Shown piece after piece: positions 10,801 to 23,858 of a stretch of 28,122 nt of DNA. This DNA is from Bugula neritina (taxonomy: Eukaryota; Animalia; Bryozoa). Made by a program: the position numbers and the translations under genes. Positions within the stretch are counted from its first letter, which is position 1, and every line of letters starts with the position of its first letter. Under the pieces are notes generated by a model. It saw only the letters and a list, made by a program, of their open reading frames with translations. It ran no database searches and had not been told where the DNA came from. Location: positions 21,394 to 49,515 of the forward strand of contig CAXIUT010000155.1 of the NCBI GenBank assembly GCA_964035545.1, written 5' to 3'.

Positions 10801-13006
10801 ATGTCATAGGAAGAACATCAAAGCTTCCAAAGCCTTAGAAATTCAGAATAAGAAGAAAGAAAAGGACAACTCATTCGACCACTTAATCATACATCTACCT
10901 TGCCTCATTCAGAAATAGTCATAGATCCCACCTTTAGAAGTTAAATCTCTCTTATTTTAGGTTGTTTTGGAATGAAATAAAGATTGTCTAATTGGTGTTT
11001 CAACTGCTGGAGATGCAGAAATACATAAGCATCTTTTGTCAATACACTTGATCAAGTCTAAACCAATAACCCAGCATCGCTATCTGAAGACACTAAAAAA
11101 TTATTAGGCAACTCTATTTTAAAGCTAAAAATTTTATAAACAAGTAGACTTCAGTTAGATGCCAACGTTATGCATCCTTTTGTCAAGTAATAAACTCTAT
11201 ATTAAGAGTACATATAGTAAATAAAAATACAGGATGCTATATCCAAAATTTATAAAAAACATAAGATCCAGTCATCTACCACAAATAACATCTCACCAGC
11301 TACAACAGAATATAAAGAAAATACTAATCCACCTAAAATGATATAATCTTGCCTCTAGCAACTTCTTGCTGTGATTTCAGAAAGCTAGGCAACTCCAAAG
11401 GAGTATGGAATCAAAGTATCCATCTTTTTATTTAGAATTTTATATCAATTATCCAGCTAGTCAAATAATGACTCCAGATACGATTTTTCTTTTCTAAATA
11501 CTAGATTTTAACCATCAAGCGTTACTTTATAGAAATGAATAGGGGCAATTTGATAGAAAAAATATGTATAGAGTAGCTTGGAGTTATCTTCGACCAGTAG
11601 GCATCTCGAAAACCCATCTAGGTAAAGTTCAACTCTAACTCTATAACTATAAATACAATCCTCAAACAACTTAAATTTCAAATAAAAGTTTTATCCCAGA
11701 TGTCTACTATGATTTCATTTGGAACAATCATTAAAAATACGAAGGATATCTACAGGTACAACTGGTTAACTGTCAAAGACCAAGAATAAGGTTTATATCA
11801 GAAGAAGTACGTCATCCTTCACATTTATTTTAAGAGTAACAGGATGATAGAAGATATTTGGATAGATTTATGAACTAAGATTTAGACGACCGAGTGTAAT
11901 AGACACAAAAAATAACTAAAGATTTATTTAAATTTTTTAGAAATAAACAAATATGCTAAATACCTAAACAACTCATCTATAAAACATAGTCATAAAGTCT
12001 TGGATGTTTTAGATTGAAATTTATAAGCAACTATTTGATTGCAGCTTGTTCGAGAAAGAAAACAACAGTATTCAAAGTATATGATCTCAGCAATGGATAA
12101 CATATCATGAACCTTCGAGGTCACAGAGGTGTAGCCTATAATATCTAAACCACACCTAACTAAAAAATAATAGTCAGTGCTGGTTCAGATCATATGGTCA
12201 GAATCATATCTTTCCCTTAATTTACAGGATAATTCATAGATTAAGACTAAAGTGAAGAATATATCATAGCTAATTGCACTCACTCAGCTGCAGTCTATTC
12301 AGTTTCTATCATCCATCAACCCCTTAAAGATGTTCTCTTCATTTTAACTTGCTGCTACGATGGATATATAAAATTATGGTAGTGCAAAATAGCAGATAAA
12401 TAATCATAAATCAAACAATAAATTCTAATAAATGACTACACCAGAACTTCAAAAGATATCTACCCTACAGCTTCAGCAGTCTCAGAAGGAAACATCTTCA
12501 TCGTAGGAGATTCAATCGGATAAATCAGAATTTATGATTTCAGCCAAGATAAAATAACATAAAGATGTCTCATCGCCAACGAATAAATCAAAAATGATAT
12601 GATCCTCAACATCAACATCCTCAATAAAAGCCATCTCCTCATACAAGCCAACGACAACCTCATCAGACATTTCGATCTACTAGGAAATAAACTAAGAATC
12701 AATCAAACCTACACAGGAGGAATCTTCTAAAAATAACTAGTACAATGCGCTGTATCTCCAGATAACAAATATCTCATCTCTCCCTCATAAGCTGGAAAAC
12801 CTCTCATGTGGGACGTATTCACAGGAAATCAAATTTCACTAGACCACTTGAATCTCAATGTCCGAGGGCATCTCGTGTGCAGTGACTGGCATCCCAGATA
12901 TAATCTAGTTGCCATTTCTGGATTCTTTAACTACTGTCCAGTTTTCATTTTTGGAAATATACTAGGATAAGCCTAAATTAAGATAGTATCAGCACAAATA
13001 TCTTGA
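10801..13006 (+). CDS. AHI1: Jouberin/AHI1 homolog (ciliary transition-zone protein, C2-like domain plus WD40); introns 11187-11206, 11416-11435
   Basis: HPFVKVHIVNKNTGCYI, ILPLAT..CDFR, FLFEILDF, YRVAWSYLRPVG, CEIPK...GCFRLKF, LRGHRGVAY and DWHPRYNLVA align with recalled AHI1 motifs. No C-terminal SH3 domain seen. 722 codons. Confidence 0.85.
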
Positions 13007-13049
13007 TTATTCTTCATAATTCATTCTTATAAATGATAACAATATTGAA

Positions 13050-14969
13050 TCAAAGGGAACTCTGGATCGATTCTGTCTTCCTAGAACTACCAATACTTTG
13101 TTTATAGCTGCTGATCAAACAAGATTAACTAAGAATAAGTTTGATAGTGACCATTCCGATCAATCTAGTCCCATTATACAATGGAAATTTATTACTGCCT
13201 GAAGAAGTCATTTATATTTACCCTTTTCCAAGACAAGAATCATAAAATTTATCTCTTTCCGATTTCATCACCCTAACCTACATATCTTCAGGCTACTCAG
13301 CTATCTAAATCGATCCTAAACTCTAATTCCAATCTACTTTTTGTTTAAATCCCACCAATTTAGAATTCTCCCTCTTTGATGTAAATTTTTGAACCTTGCT
13401 CAATTCCCCTTTCACCTACACTTAACAATATATCTCATTTATCTTCTACTTATAACTATCTTTGAATTACAACTCAACCAAAAACAGCTATAAATATTTT
13501 AAACCCTATCTTATAGGATATATTCTAGATTGCTTTTCAGATATTTTTGATTTCTTAGATTATGTCAACCTATCTCTTGGTTCCTTTTTGGCAGATGACC
13601 TAAATGATTTATCAAATTTGTCAAATGCACTATCCAATAATAAATCTTCATCATCATTGCCATAATAATGATTTACTTTAGGACTCAATCGACCTTGAGG
13701 TATATTTTATTCATAATCCAATAGATGAATTTCGCTTTAAATGGCTTTTATCTGGAATTATTTTTTTCTCATATTAGCCAATACCAAACTCTATAAATTA
13801 AATCCATATTATTTGCTATTACTATCATCTATCTGAGGCACAGGTTTTGTTCCCTTCAAAGATGATAACAAATTCCCTGATATCTATCCATTGCCAATCG
13901 ATTGCTACTCATTATGTGATTTAGTATAATCAAATATACTTTATGTATTTTTAGAATCAACCATTCCATCTATTATCTTCACCTATAAACCAACATTATT
14001 CTTCTATTTCTACTTCATCAAACACGAGTTAATTATTTACGGAATAATAGTAGATCTAGTATCTAGATTTGATATCACTCTGATAGTTTTATTTTCATAA
14101 TCAAAACTATTTATTGTTTTGCAATAAAATACACCAAATACATGACCCAATTCATTCACATGATTCAACATCTAGTTAAATTCATGTAATTTGTCAGATA
14201 GTTCTCTCATTATGTTCTATTATTCAATATCTTCATCTGCTGCAATCAATCTCACCTGCTAACTGGAAGCCTTTAAATTTACTACTATCTTCATCACTTG
14301 CTGACTTATCTATTTATTACTACTGCTCCTCTCTTTTTCTGATTAGTAAGATCCCAATATCTAACTTAATTCGTTTAAATATTTGTTTTTTTAGCCAAGA
14401 ATCTACTCAAGGATAGCTATTTCGTTCAATGCTTTCTTCCATCTGTTATGTGTAACATGCATAACTAACCTCACATATAGAGCTTATAAGTTATTTGGAC
14501 ATAAACCTATCGCTTTACCCAAATCTTTTTATCTATCTTTGCTTTAAGAATCTTTCGATAAAACAGCTTTAATCAGATAAAAACAAGATAAACAGCATTT
14601 GATATTTTCTAAAGCCAACATGTAGTTAAAGGATTGATAGTAGAGTGAAAAAAGATTAAAATAAGCCCAATAGTTAAGATTATCTAATTTAACAGCCGAC
14701 AACAAACAATCTACAAGCACACTATCACTACAATCTCCAGACTAACTAATCTTACATACACATTTATTCAAATAACACTCTGAAAGTATCTTTTTCAACA
14801 CCATTCCATCTTGACTTTGCATACTCCATCTCTTACTTTACAACTACTATATCAAATATTAGTAATTTTAACAAGCCTGACTGTATTCATTGTTCTTAAA
14901 CAACTTTGCACCCTATAAGAATCTCTACTCAATACTACTTTATACATTTTTAGTCCGATTATTATTCAT
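13050..14969 (-). CDS. TPR-repeat protein with C-terminal C2 domain
   Basis: N-terminal GAKLFKNNEYSQACENY, AVKLDNLNYWAYFNL and KAIGLCPNNLEALYVR are TPR-like. C-terminal YCEVEV...VDWNES...VRVM...DSCLGKGEI...FPLYNGTRLIGMVTIKL is C2-like. 640 codons. Confidence 0.75.
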
Positions 14970-14992
14970 TAAATTTTATATATCAAGTAACA

Positions 14993-15267
14993 TCAATCAT
15001 TCTTATTTTGCTTTTGAATCTTAGATATTACAGCCAAATCTTTATGAATCTCGTCTAAATTAGCCCTTATCCGTCCTATAGCTTCTACTCCTTCCTTAAA
15101 ATGGTTGTAAGCATCTTAAATAAATTTATTTGATAGTTAGTTGACATTAGTCAACATGAGGTTTGTCTTATCCAACTCCTCTAATCTTAGTTCAAATAAA
15201 AATACATCTGATTTTGGTTTTTAACAATAGCTACATATTTTTACTCTTCTAATAACTATTTATCCAT
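14993..15267 (-). CDS. KXD1: KxDL-motif protein (KXD1, BORC/BLOC-1-associated); intron 15186-15205
   Basis: 84 aa; AIVKNQNQILEELDKTNLMLTNVNELSNKFIEDAYNHF...IRANLDEIHKDL matches the KXD1 pattern (Q..ML...EKTN.ML.N.N.LS......F......K.DLD.I). Confidence 0.75.
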
Positions 15268-15286
15268 AATAATTAAATATCAAAAA

Positions 15287-16975
15287 TCATGCCAAAAATT
15301 ATGATAAAGTGATTCTCTTGCTTCTATGCTTCCTTTCATATTTACGCTTCTGTTCTTCTTACAACCTCTCCTGCTCGTTAGTCCATCTATCTCTTAGTTG
15401 CTAAGAAAATGAAGTATTTGTCTTACAACAGACTACTATCTAATGAATACATGGTAACATTGTCTTTAAAGATTACTCACATTAACAACACCACTTTTCT
15501 TATTTCTTAATTACCTATAAATAGTGATTGTTCTCTTAAAAAACTTGATATTTTATGGGCTATATTTTATTAATTCTCAAACTGACAGAACCCAATACTT
15601 TAACAATAATGTAATCCATGACATTTTTACTTACTTGAGTTCGAATAGCATTCAGTTCAGGATAAATTGTCATCATCTTATTAGGATCAGCATATTCATT
15701 ATGAACAGTTTCACTTAAAGATATAATCATGCTCTTCACTTTACTATAAAAATTTTTACTTCTTTGACCCTTCTGAGCCTACTTATCATAAAGAACCTTG
15801 TAAAAAACTCTTATCACAGAATAATCATATTTCTTCCTTGGATTTATTTTATTACTTACAGTACGATATGGCCCCACTGGCACAGCTTCTATCTGAGACA
15901 AACATATTCTATCTGCCTGTTCTATCAGTTATTCAACGTCTATGTTTGAACCAATTCCATCCAATAACTTTAAAAATGTTCTTTTTTGAGGTTAACGACA
16001 TAACTAGCCATAACTCTTTCTAAATTTGCTATTATTTATATGATTTTTATCACCATATCTTGCATAATCATAAATATGATGAGCAGTCAGAAATCCCTCT
16101 TCTTTTAACCCAATTATAGCCTAATCAAAGTAAGCATTTGTTTAAGTAACGATAGTTTGAGGTTTATTTTATACAGGTTTCAAAAAGCTTTTAAGTAGAC
16201 CTTTCATGTGATCAGCATCTACAGTTTTAATCAAACAAAATCCAAAAAGTATCCTCTACATATCTCTTCCGATTCCCATCAAAGCACCAACTCTCCACCT
16301 ATTGATTTGCTGTCGATCATCAACAGCAATAAACAAAACTTATCCATATTTTTTATAATTTTTTTGCATTTGATCATCAACTATAACAATAGATTTCGTG
16401 ATGGTTTTAGGTTCTCTTTCTATTTTCGAAGTGATATAATCTCCATAGATGGTATATCTTTAGTTTTTTAATTTTTGAACTAGTTAATCGATTTATTTTC
16501 CATCATAGAGCAAAGCATTTCTTTTAAGTTTATCTACAGCTTGTGAATAAAGTTGTTAGAATTATTTTTATGTTATTCTATACTTACTACCTATATCTGC
16601 ACACAACTAATACTTCTACATCTTTCCATCATCCTGCTGAAGAAACCTTTCAATTTGCTCAATTATTGATTGATGATTCGAAAATGCCTGCTTCAAAACA
16701 TGTTGATGAGTATGATTGTATTACAATAAAGTGTAATTTTCTTACTCTTTCGTCTTCACGTACTTGAAAAAGGCCTAACATTGCTTGCATTGAATATTTA
16801 ATGTTTCAACTCCATCACTTCCTGTGATCACTGTTGATTAAAAATTAACTTCTCGATGTTCACGTTTGCATTCTTTTCTGATCTCATCATTGAAGTTCTG
16901 ACGACTCTTGATCTTATCGTAGGGTTTAATTTTGGCTGGAAAGCTAAAACCTTCTATAGGGTGAGAATAACTCAT
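15287..16975 (-). CDS. FAR1/FHY3-like Mutator (MULE) transposase-derived protein, probably domesticated and catalytically degenerate
   Basis: 562 aa with an N-terminal CKQCEAF...YNHTHQHVL zinc finger (FAR1/WRKY-GCM1-like), a MULE core NYKKYGEVLFI...MGIG...ILFGFCLI...LLKSFL...KPQTIVT...HHIY, and a SWIM finger WCCECEESLKTMLPCIH followed by RWT. Intact ORF; no TIRs seen. Confidence 0.82.
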
Positions 16976-17261
16976 GTCGAGTAGATTGATAAAAACTTCT
17001 AAAATCAATTATTAATCAAAGCTTTACTCATTTTCATATAGTGTTCATAGAACTATCCCTTTCTTTCAGCATCGAAGTTTTAAATAAAAATATAAGAAAT
17101 ACGATACTGAACTTCAGACAGATAAAACCAAATTCAACAAAAAATATACCAATACACTACTTTTGACCTGGAGATTCTGTTTTAGTATCTTTAAATAATG
17201 TATTTTTTAATTTTTATATTTAGTTTTTCTTTACTGTTTTATAATATAACTTTAATTTGTA

Positions 17262-17687
17262 ATGAAGAACTCCAATCAACTTTAAACAATTCCTGTAGCT
17301 TCAAGCCAAAAGAATTAAGCTTGCTTTGATTAGTCATAATCAGACTACTCTCTTTAAAAAATCAAAAAGCATTAAAAAAGAATCAATAAGAAAAGATTTA
17401 CTAAAGTAGTCCATACAACTTGTTTTGTTAAAATAAACTAAAATGGTGAAAAAGTTATTTTGTATCGCCAGAGCCATACTCAAAGCACAACTAAAGATCC
17501 TTAAAAGATAAAAAGATATGCATTAAAGCATTCAGAAGAGATCGATAAACAAATTATTTCTAACATGAAAACAAACTTTAAAACAATTCAGAGATAATAA
17601 AGCTTCAGACAAACCTACAATCTCAACTTTCCCTACCCTAGTTCAACACCCTTTATGTTCCCACAGAGATTTATTCCCTTAGCATGA
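17262..17687 (+). CDS. Hypothetical protein (141 aa)
   Basis: ATG-to-TGA ORF of 142 codons in the TAR=Glu code, divergent from the MULE gene and convergent on the TPR gene (29 bp between stops). Confidence 0.65.
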
Positions 17688-17716
17688 TTTATATTTCCAC
17701 TTTATATTCAAATATA

Positions 17717-19460
17717 TCAATTAAACTATCTCTCAAAAATAAATTATAAAATACTTGTTTTTGGGGGGGTTGGGTTGGGGTTGGGTTGGGGTTGGGGTTG
17801 GGGTTGGGGTTGGGGTTGGGGTTGGGGTTGGGGTTGGGGTTGGGTTGGGTTTGGAGGATCAATCCAATCAAGAAGAGATTTATTTATATTTTGTTTTATC
17901 TTCTCATTCTTCAAAGAATAACTACGCCTTCTTTATTCAGGATACTTCGAATGACTTTGGTGAGAGTTAAATATTCGATCTCTCAGTTTTCCCACCTTCT
18001 GCAGCTGATTCATTCTCACTTTATCCTGAATCTATCTCCACCAATCCTTGTTGGTTCTCTATGAAAGCGCCTCTTCTATTCTTTTGTCAAGAGATTTATT
18101 TTGTATTTTACTAAAGTCAAGTTTTCTCTCCTTTTGTCCCATAATTTTATGATATTCAGCTGTTTGCTAAAACACGCTATTTTTTCTAGGTTTTCCGAAC
18201 TTATGTTAAGCTATAAAACTTATTTGGACATCAGGACTAGGAATTTGAGTTTGAAATTCATAATCCTAATTAAATAATTTATATATTTGCTTCACAAGAT
18301 CTGGAAAATCACCAAACTACATGACCTTATTACCTTTTTTTCTTCTAGGTGATTGACCCTATTCATAATTCTCATAATTTCTTTTTGCCTCAGGAGGAGC
18401 TATAGTGCTCACTCCAACTATCGGTATATTCACATACTAAAGAAATAGACTTGTGATATTTTTCTTTTCCAAAGAACTAATATAGCTTTAGAACTAATTT
18501 AACATCTCTGCTGATATTTTTTTGATAGCAGAGTCATTCTTTTAAAAATCTCCCTGAAGAAATCTTTTGTGATAATACTGTGATTCTTTCAAAACTCCTT
18601 CATAATAATAAGCATTCCCCAACAAATCGTAAATAAGCAGCTAACTATCGATATTTTTTATTTTCCAAGCATACTGCAAAGCTTTCTTATATATTTTAAT
18701 CGCATCTTTATGACATTTAATATCCATACAAATATTTCCCATTGACATCAAAGCCTCAGTTTTAATATAAAACAAATCACTATAAGAAGCCAATAATTTC
18801 TATATTAACTATTATTTACTGCCTGGTTATAATAATAAAAAGCTCTATTATAATCTTTAAATTGATAACTAATATCCGCCGCCAATATCACCAATAAACA
18901 AAGTAACCTTAACTGATTAAAATCAACTGCTTCATTCATCAACTTATATACCTCTAAATATAATAGTAGTTACTCTTTAAAATACTATCCAAAGAATTTT
19001 GCTAGTATGTTTCCTTCAAATCTACAATTGCTCTCATCAAATACATTTACTACTCCTTTGGCTTTAAATTTTACTTTTAAATATAGTGCTTCACAATATG
19101 AAAAGTATTATTTATCTTCTTGAATCTTTCTCTTCTTTCACTCTTTACTCCAGCTAGCTACTATGTCACAGGCACTTTTTTTAATTTTTTTTTATCATCT
19201 TTCATATCCCCAACAGTTTATAAAAAAAAATTACTCACAGCTTCAGCAACTGGCTGATCAATAGTTTTAGAAGTATCTCCTCTCTTTTTTCTAGAATGCC
19301 TTCGCTATCTGTAAGCTTCTCGATAATTAAAATTAGTGAATGTACTGTACTTATCTTTAATTTGAACATGAAGAGACGGATCGATGGTTTTAGATGCCTG
19401 TCCAATGAAATCATCAAGATAGTTAAGATGAGAAGTGTTACTTACATATAGTGAGCTCAT
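17717..19460 (-). CDS. Tetratricopeptide-repeat protein; introns 18954-18973, 18800-18819; contains an in-frame telomeric tract
   Basis: TPR-like YNRAFYYYNQAK, EALMSMGNIC...HKDAIKIYKKALQYAW and IYDLLGNAYYYEG. The frame runs through 17761-17850 and ends KTSILEFIFEREFN-TGA (17719-17717). 568 codons. Confidence 0.78.
17761..17854 (+). repeat. Interstitial telomeric tract (GGGGTT)n with variant G3T2/G7T2 units at its edges
   Basis: About 15 telomeric units in the same orientation as the right telomere, flanked on both sides by non-telomeric coding sequence. Confidence 0.93.
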
Positions 19461-19633
19461 TTATTAATTTTATTATAAACCATCAATCATCAATAGAACA
19501 CAATCAATATCTTGATTCAAATATTGTTATTATTTATCCTCTATAATATCAAAATAAATGTAAATTGAAGTTTTTCTTTTCTTTAATTATCTTTATATAT
19601 TCTAAAAATATTCTATTTAATAACCTCAACCCA

Positions 19634-22600
19634 ATGCGCAACAATTTTGTTTCTAAGCAATCGAATACTTCTTAAAAATAAAAAATAATCCAAAAAAACA
19701 TAAATTCCTCAAAAATATAATCCTTTGATAGTTACTTCCAAGATATCATGTCACGTAAAGATAATGAATATGCAATAGTTGATTCACCAAATCTTAATCA
19801 AAGGTTAACAGATATTTAGTCAAATTATAATGATAAATATTTATCATCAATAAATACTCCATCGACAAAGAGTTTAAAAAGACTAGAAAGAAAACAATAT
19901 ATAGAAATTAAATAAAAGATAGTTAAATCAATAAAATAGTTTTAGAAGAATTCAAGATAGAATTTAAAAGATCTTTTCTAGTTCAAACAAATACTATTAA
20001 ATTAATTTCTTAATGATTTTACATCACAAATATAGAAATAATGCAAATAAAAAGGATAAATATTAAAATTTATATGGAATTCTATGTTTTCACTAATCTA
20101 ACACATCTCTTAACAACTAGCAAAAAACATTAAATAAAAATAATCAATATAACTCAAAAATAACATCAAACAGCATCATATCTATCAATAGTTAATATAA
20201 AATTATAAAACAAAACATTCTAAAATGAGATAACAAACAAAAAACTAACAATAAGTTATCAATTAACTCATTACTCAACTCAGATTCAAAAGAAAATAAA
20301 TACATAAATTATATAAAAGTCAAAAAATACTCACCAATAAAGTCAACTAAATCAAAAACTAAAAACTAGATTGGCAAAGTAACTACATTGACCTGATCAG
20401 CTCATATAGAGATATACCTCAAGCACAAGCATAACAAATGGTCAAAGCCAGATAGTAGATCAATAGAAATAAACATATACAACTTAAAGTAAAAGGTAGT
20501 AAAAAAAATAATATTAAATAAATAATAAATTAATTAAATTTATAATAAAAATAATAATATAAAGAACTATTCTAGTAAATAAAAGTTATTGTAAAAAAAT
20601 AGAAAAATTCTCCTCAAATAATAGGCACATTAATATAATCAGCTATCTAAAATTATGGCATTTCAAATGACGATAATAAAAATATAAAAGATAACAGTAT
20701 GCTTGAAATAAAACAAAAATTGATATCAATTGATGCATAGACTCAAATAGATTAGTATTCATGTCTTAAATCTCAGAAAGTAGATCAAATTGTTCAATTT
20801 TCATATGCAGATCAAATAGTATCAGGAACATTGTAATTATTAATATAATATAGACAAAATAAAATCACTCAGACCATTGATGATAAAGTCAAAAAGAAAA
20901 TATGTATCGATAAAGCCATTGGAGTAGATTCGTATAATTTTAATAAATATTATGCCAAAAAGAATTTTACTATTAATCCAGCATTTAGACAATCTTTCTT
21001 GTTTCCTAAATCAGAAATAATTAACTTCAAAGTCAATCCTGTTAGACATGATGTCATCATGAAGAAAAAACATGCTAGTGATCTTAATTTAAGATAGTAT
21101 AAACTAGAAAGTGGATTTTATTCTAACAACCAATCTTCATATTAACAAAAATAATAAAATAATTCATAATTTAATTAACTTAGAGTTTCATAAAATAACT
21201 CAATTGCTTACTAAGGCGTACATAGATAATTTGCTTAAAAAGATAAAAATATAGATATAAACTATCAAAAGAAACTTAAAAAGATGAATAAACCTGTTCG
21301 TATGAGCGTATTACCATCAAGAAAGTTTAAAAAATAAGGATATTCATAATTTAGATAATAGACATAAAGACGTTAGAATAACAGAAAATCACTATTGACA
21401 AGTAGTCAATTTAGTAATGATATAAAAAGTAGAAATGCATCGAATAAGAATTCACCTCAAATTAAATCAAGTAGATTTAAAAAATAATTTGCATCTACAG
21501 CAACAACTCAATTCACAAAAATAAGAAGCTAATTTGCAAAAACACTTAATCTTTAAAGTAGTAATAATGAAATGGGTATTGAAGATTTAAAAAAACAATA
21601 AATATTCAGCTATTTCATGAAAAAAGATCAAAATTAATGCTTCATTGATCTAGAATAAAGATCATGCTAAGACTAAAACTAAAATTATCTTTAAAGCTAA
21701 GTCATAGCTGCCACTCTTAATCGAATAGATAATCTTTCAGGATCAAATACACTTAAAAATGGATTACCCTTCAATATCACAAAATCTAATATCAGAAGAA
21801 TTTCTGCTTAACATTAATAGTTTAAAGATCAAAATGATCTCTTGATGAATGTATGTCGCAATAAATACTACAAAAAGAACAAAAAGAATCGAGAAGAAGG
21901 AAATATATTTTAGTATAAAGATTAATTTACAAGCGTAAAATAAAATATATAAAAAATAGCTCAAGATGTTAAATAGCTAATCATTAAAAAATAATAACTT
22001 CTCAAAAAGGCTATTAATAATAAAAACATCAAAAATATGTATAAAATTTTAATGATGACCTTTGCCAAAGCCTATGACTACTATAATAAAGGAATAGGCA
22101 TCAAAAGTCTTATTATTCCTCTTCTATAATCATTTTCTCTTGTTTATGGATCAATCAATCCAACTTAAATATACAAAAAAATGATTAATTTTATTGCTTG
22201 TCTATCACTTAAAAGCTAAAATACTATTTTCAGGTTTTTCCTCTTCTTTCTTGGACTTGATAGAAAATCATCATTATCCTAACATGTTACTGTTTCAGAA
22301 ATTTATCTATGTCTTGCCCTTTTGTAAAAAATATCAATTTAAGGGAAAGTAACAGTCAATATTTAGTCCATTTACACTGATACTAACAGAATAAAGTAGC
22401 AGTTGATAGATGTTCTCCAGATATAAAAGGTTCCAAGTCATTTATGTTTAATAATAAAAAAAAGAGTAGATTAATAACTATAAAATTCATCAACTCTTTG
22501 CAATTCAGGAGATAACCATGCTGATTTCAAGATCAACATCTACAATATCATCCTTTTAATTATCCAAGAAGTTCTAAAGTGTAAGTGCAATCTTCGATAG

Positions 22601-23101
22601 AGTTTTATGCCAATAATCTAGCACTGTGAAGAATACAAATAAACTAAAAAACTACCTTTATTCCTTTTAGATACAGTCTTGCTAGTCCATCATGAAAAAT
22701 AATTTTAAAGAGATATTCCACAGATTTTAACAGCTATAAAGAATAGTATACAAGATCAAACTATCAAAGTATAACAATTTTGTTCTATTTTGTTTTAACA
22801 TAATCTTATCCATCAAGAACAGCTAGTATAATAAAATAAGTTTTTAAATTACAGATGGAAAATACCTCAATAATTTATATTATCAGTCAGTGAAAAAGTA
22901 TCAAAAAATAAGTTTATAAATAGTTTATAAAACTTCTAGTTAACTTTGTTTTCTAAATTGACGGAAAATAAAAATAAATCACCCTAAGACTATAAAAGTA
23001 TATAAATAATGAAAATGATCATATTCATTAAATATTACTTCATAAAAGTCAAAGAACTCACTCAATATATTCTAGGATAAAATATGAAAGACTTTTTATG
23101 A
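19634..23101 (+). CDS. Large hypothetical coiled-coil protein (~1155 aa)
   Basis: ATG 19634 and TGA 23099-23101 are in the same frame, and the segments I read were open. K/E/N/S-rich with a helical C-terminal region. No family recognised. Confidence 0.75.
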
Positions 23102-23254
23102 TAAATCTTATGATTTTACTATTTTTTATATTTAAGTGTATTATATCATCTCGTAAGTTATTTTTTTACGTTTTTCATACTGAAAAACATATAATTTACA
23201 TAAATAAGCAATTTTATTAATCAAGATCTTTATAGTAATTAATAAACTTAAGCG

Positions 23255-23808
23255 ATGGCACATTAACTTGATATGTCTCTGACCAAATACCTCCAAATAA
23301 AAGATAAACTCGTTCCCAAACACCTGGCAGCCAACGATGTCCAACGCCGCAAAGATATCATTCGAAAACAAATACTATCCGATTCTCCTATCTAAATCAT
23401 TCAAAAAGCTAAACAAAAGTACCTTAGACCTATCAACTAAATCTAAACAATCATGGATCAATTCGATTCGTATCTTTTCTTTTATTAAGAAAATTTGGAA
23501 GCAGAGGAAAATAAAAAGAAGTCCAAAGTACTATCAAGTTCAAAAGAGTGAGAACCAATAGTAAATTAAGTTAGGGTAATACTTAAAGAGATCTATAACA
23601 AAAGATGAAATATTTAATCAACTTGCCATCGATTCATAATATCAAAAAAGAAGCAGATAAATATAGAAATTTCCTCAATGCAGATAAAATCAAATAAAAG
23701 TAAAAGAAAAAAGTTAAAATAATGGAATAGTTTAGCAACTACATGGAAGCCTAACTCAAAGGAAGTCCTAAAATCAGCATCAAAAGAAGAGTTAATACCA
23801 TTCAATGA
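23255..23808 (+). CDS. Hypothetical basic protein (177 aa); intron 23470-23489
   Basis: Removing a consensus 20-nt intron gives a continuous 178-codon ATG-to-TGA ORF. Confidence 0.7.
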
Positions 23809-23858
23809 AATATTTTTTATCTATATTAATAGTTTAATAATCAATATGAAGAGATCAC

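Noticed and set aside
10940-10960. Possible 21-nt in-frame intron in AHI1
   Set aside because: It begins GTT rather than GTA, has T at -6 and is not needed for frame, so it was left as exon. RNA-seq would settle it.
15268-17261. Intact mobile Mutator element
   Set aside because: No terminal inverted repeats or target-site duplication were seen, the downstream flank is only 19 bp, and the catalytic residues appear degenerate.
17720-17900. Tetrahymena-type chromosome breakage sequence (Cbs) or telomerase RNA template near the internal tract
   Set aside because: No match to the TAAACCAACCTCTTT consensus, and no isolated CAACCCCAA template noticed outside the repeat tracts.
17689-18064. PN-, GV- and GL-repeat ORFs in the track; CRISPR-like array
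   Set aside because: These are alternative-frame translations of the telomeric hexamer tract; there are no spacers or cas genes.
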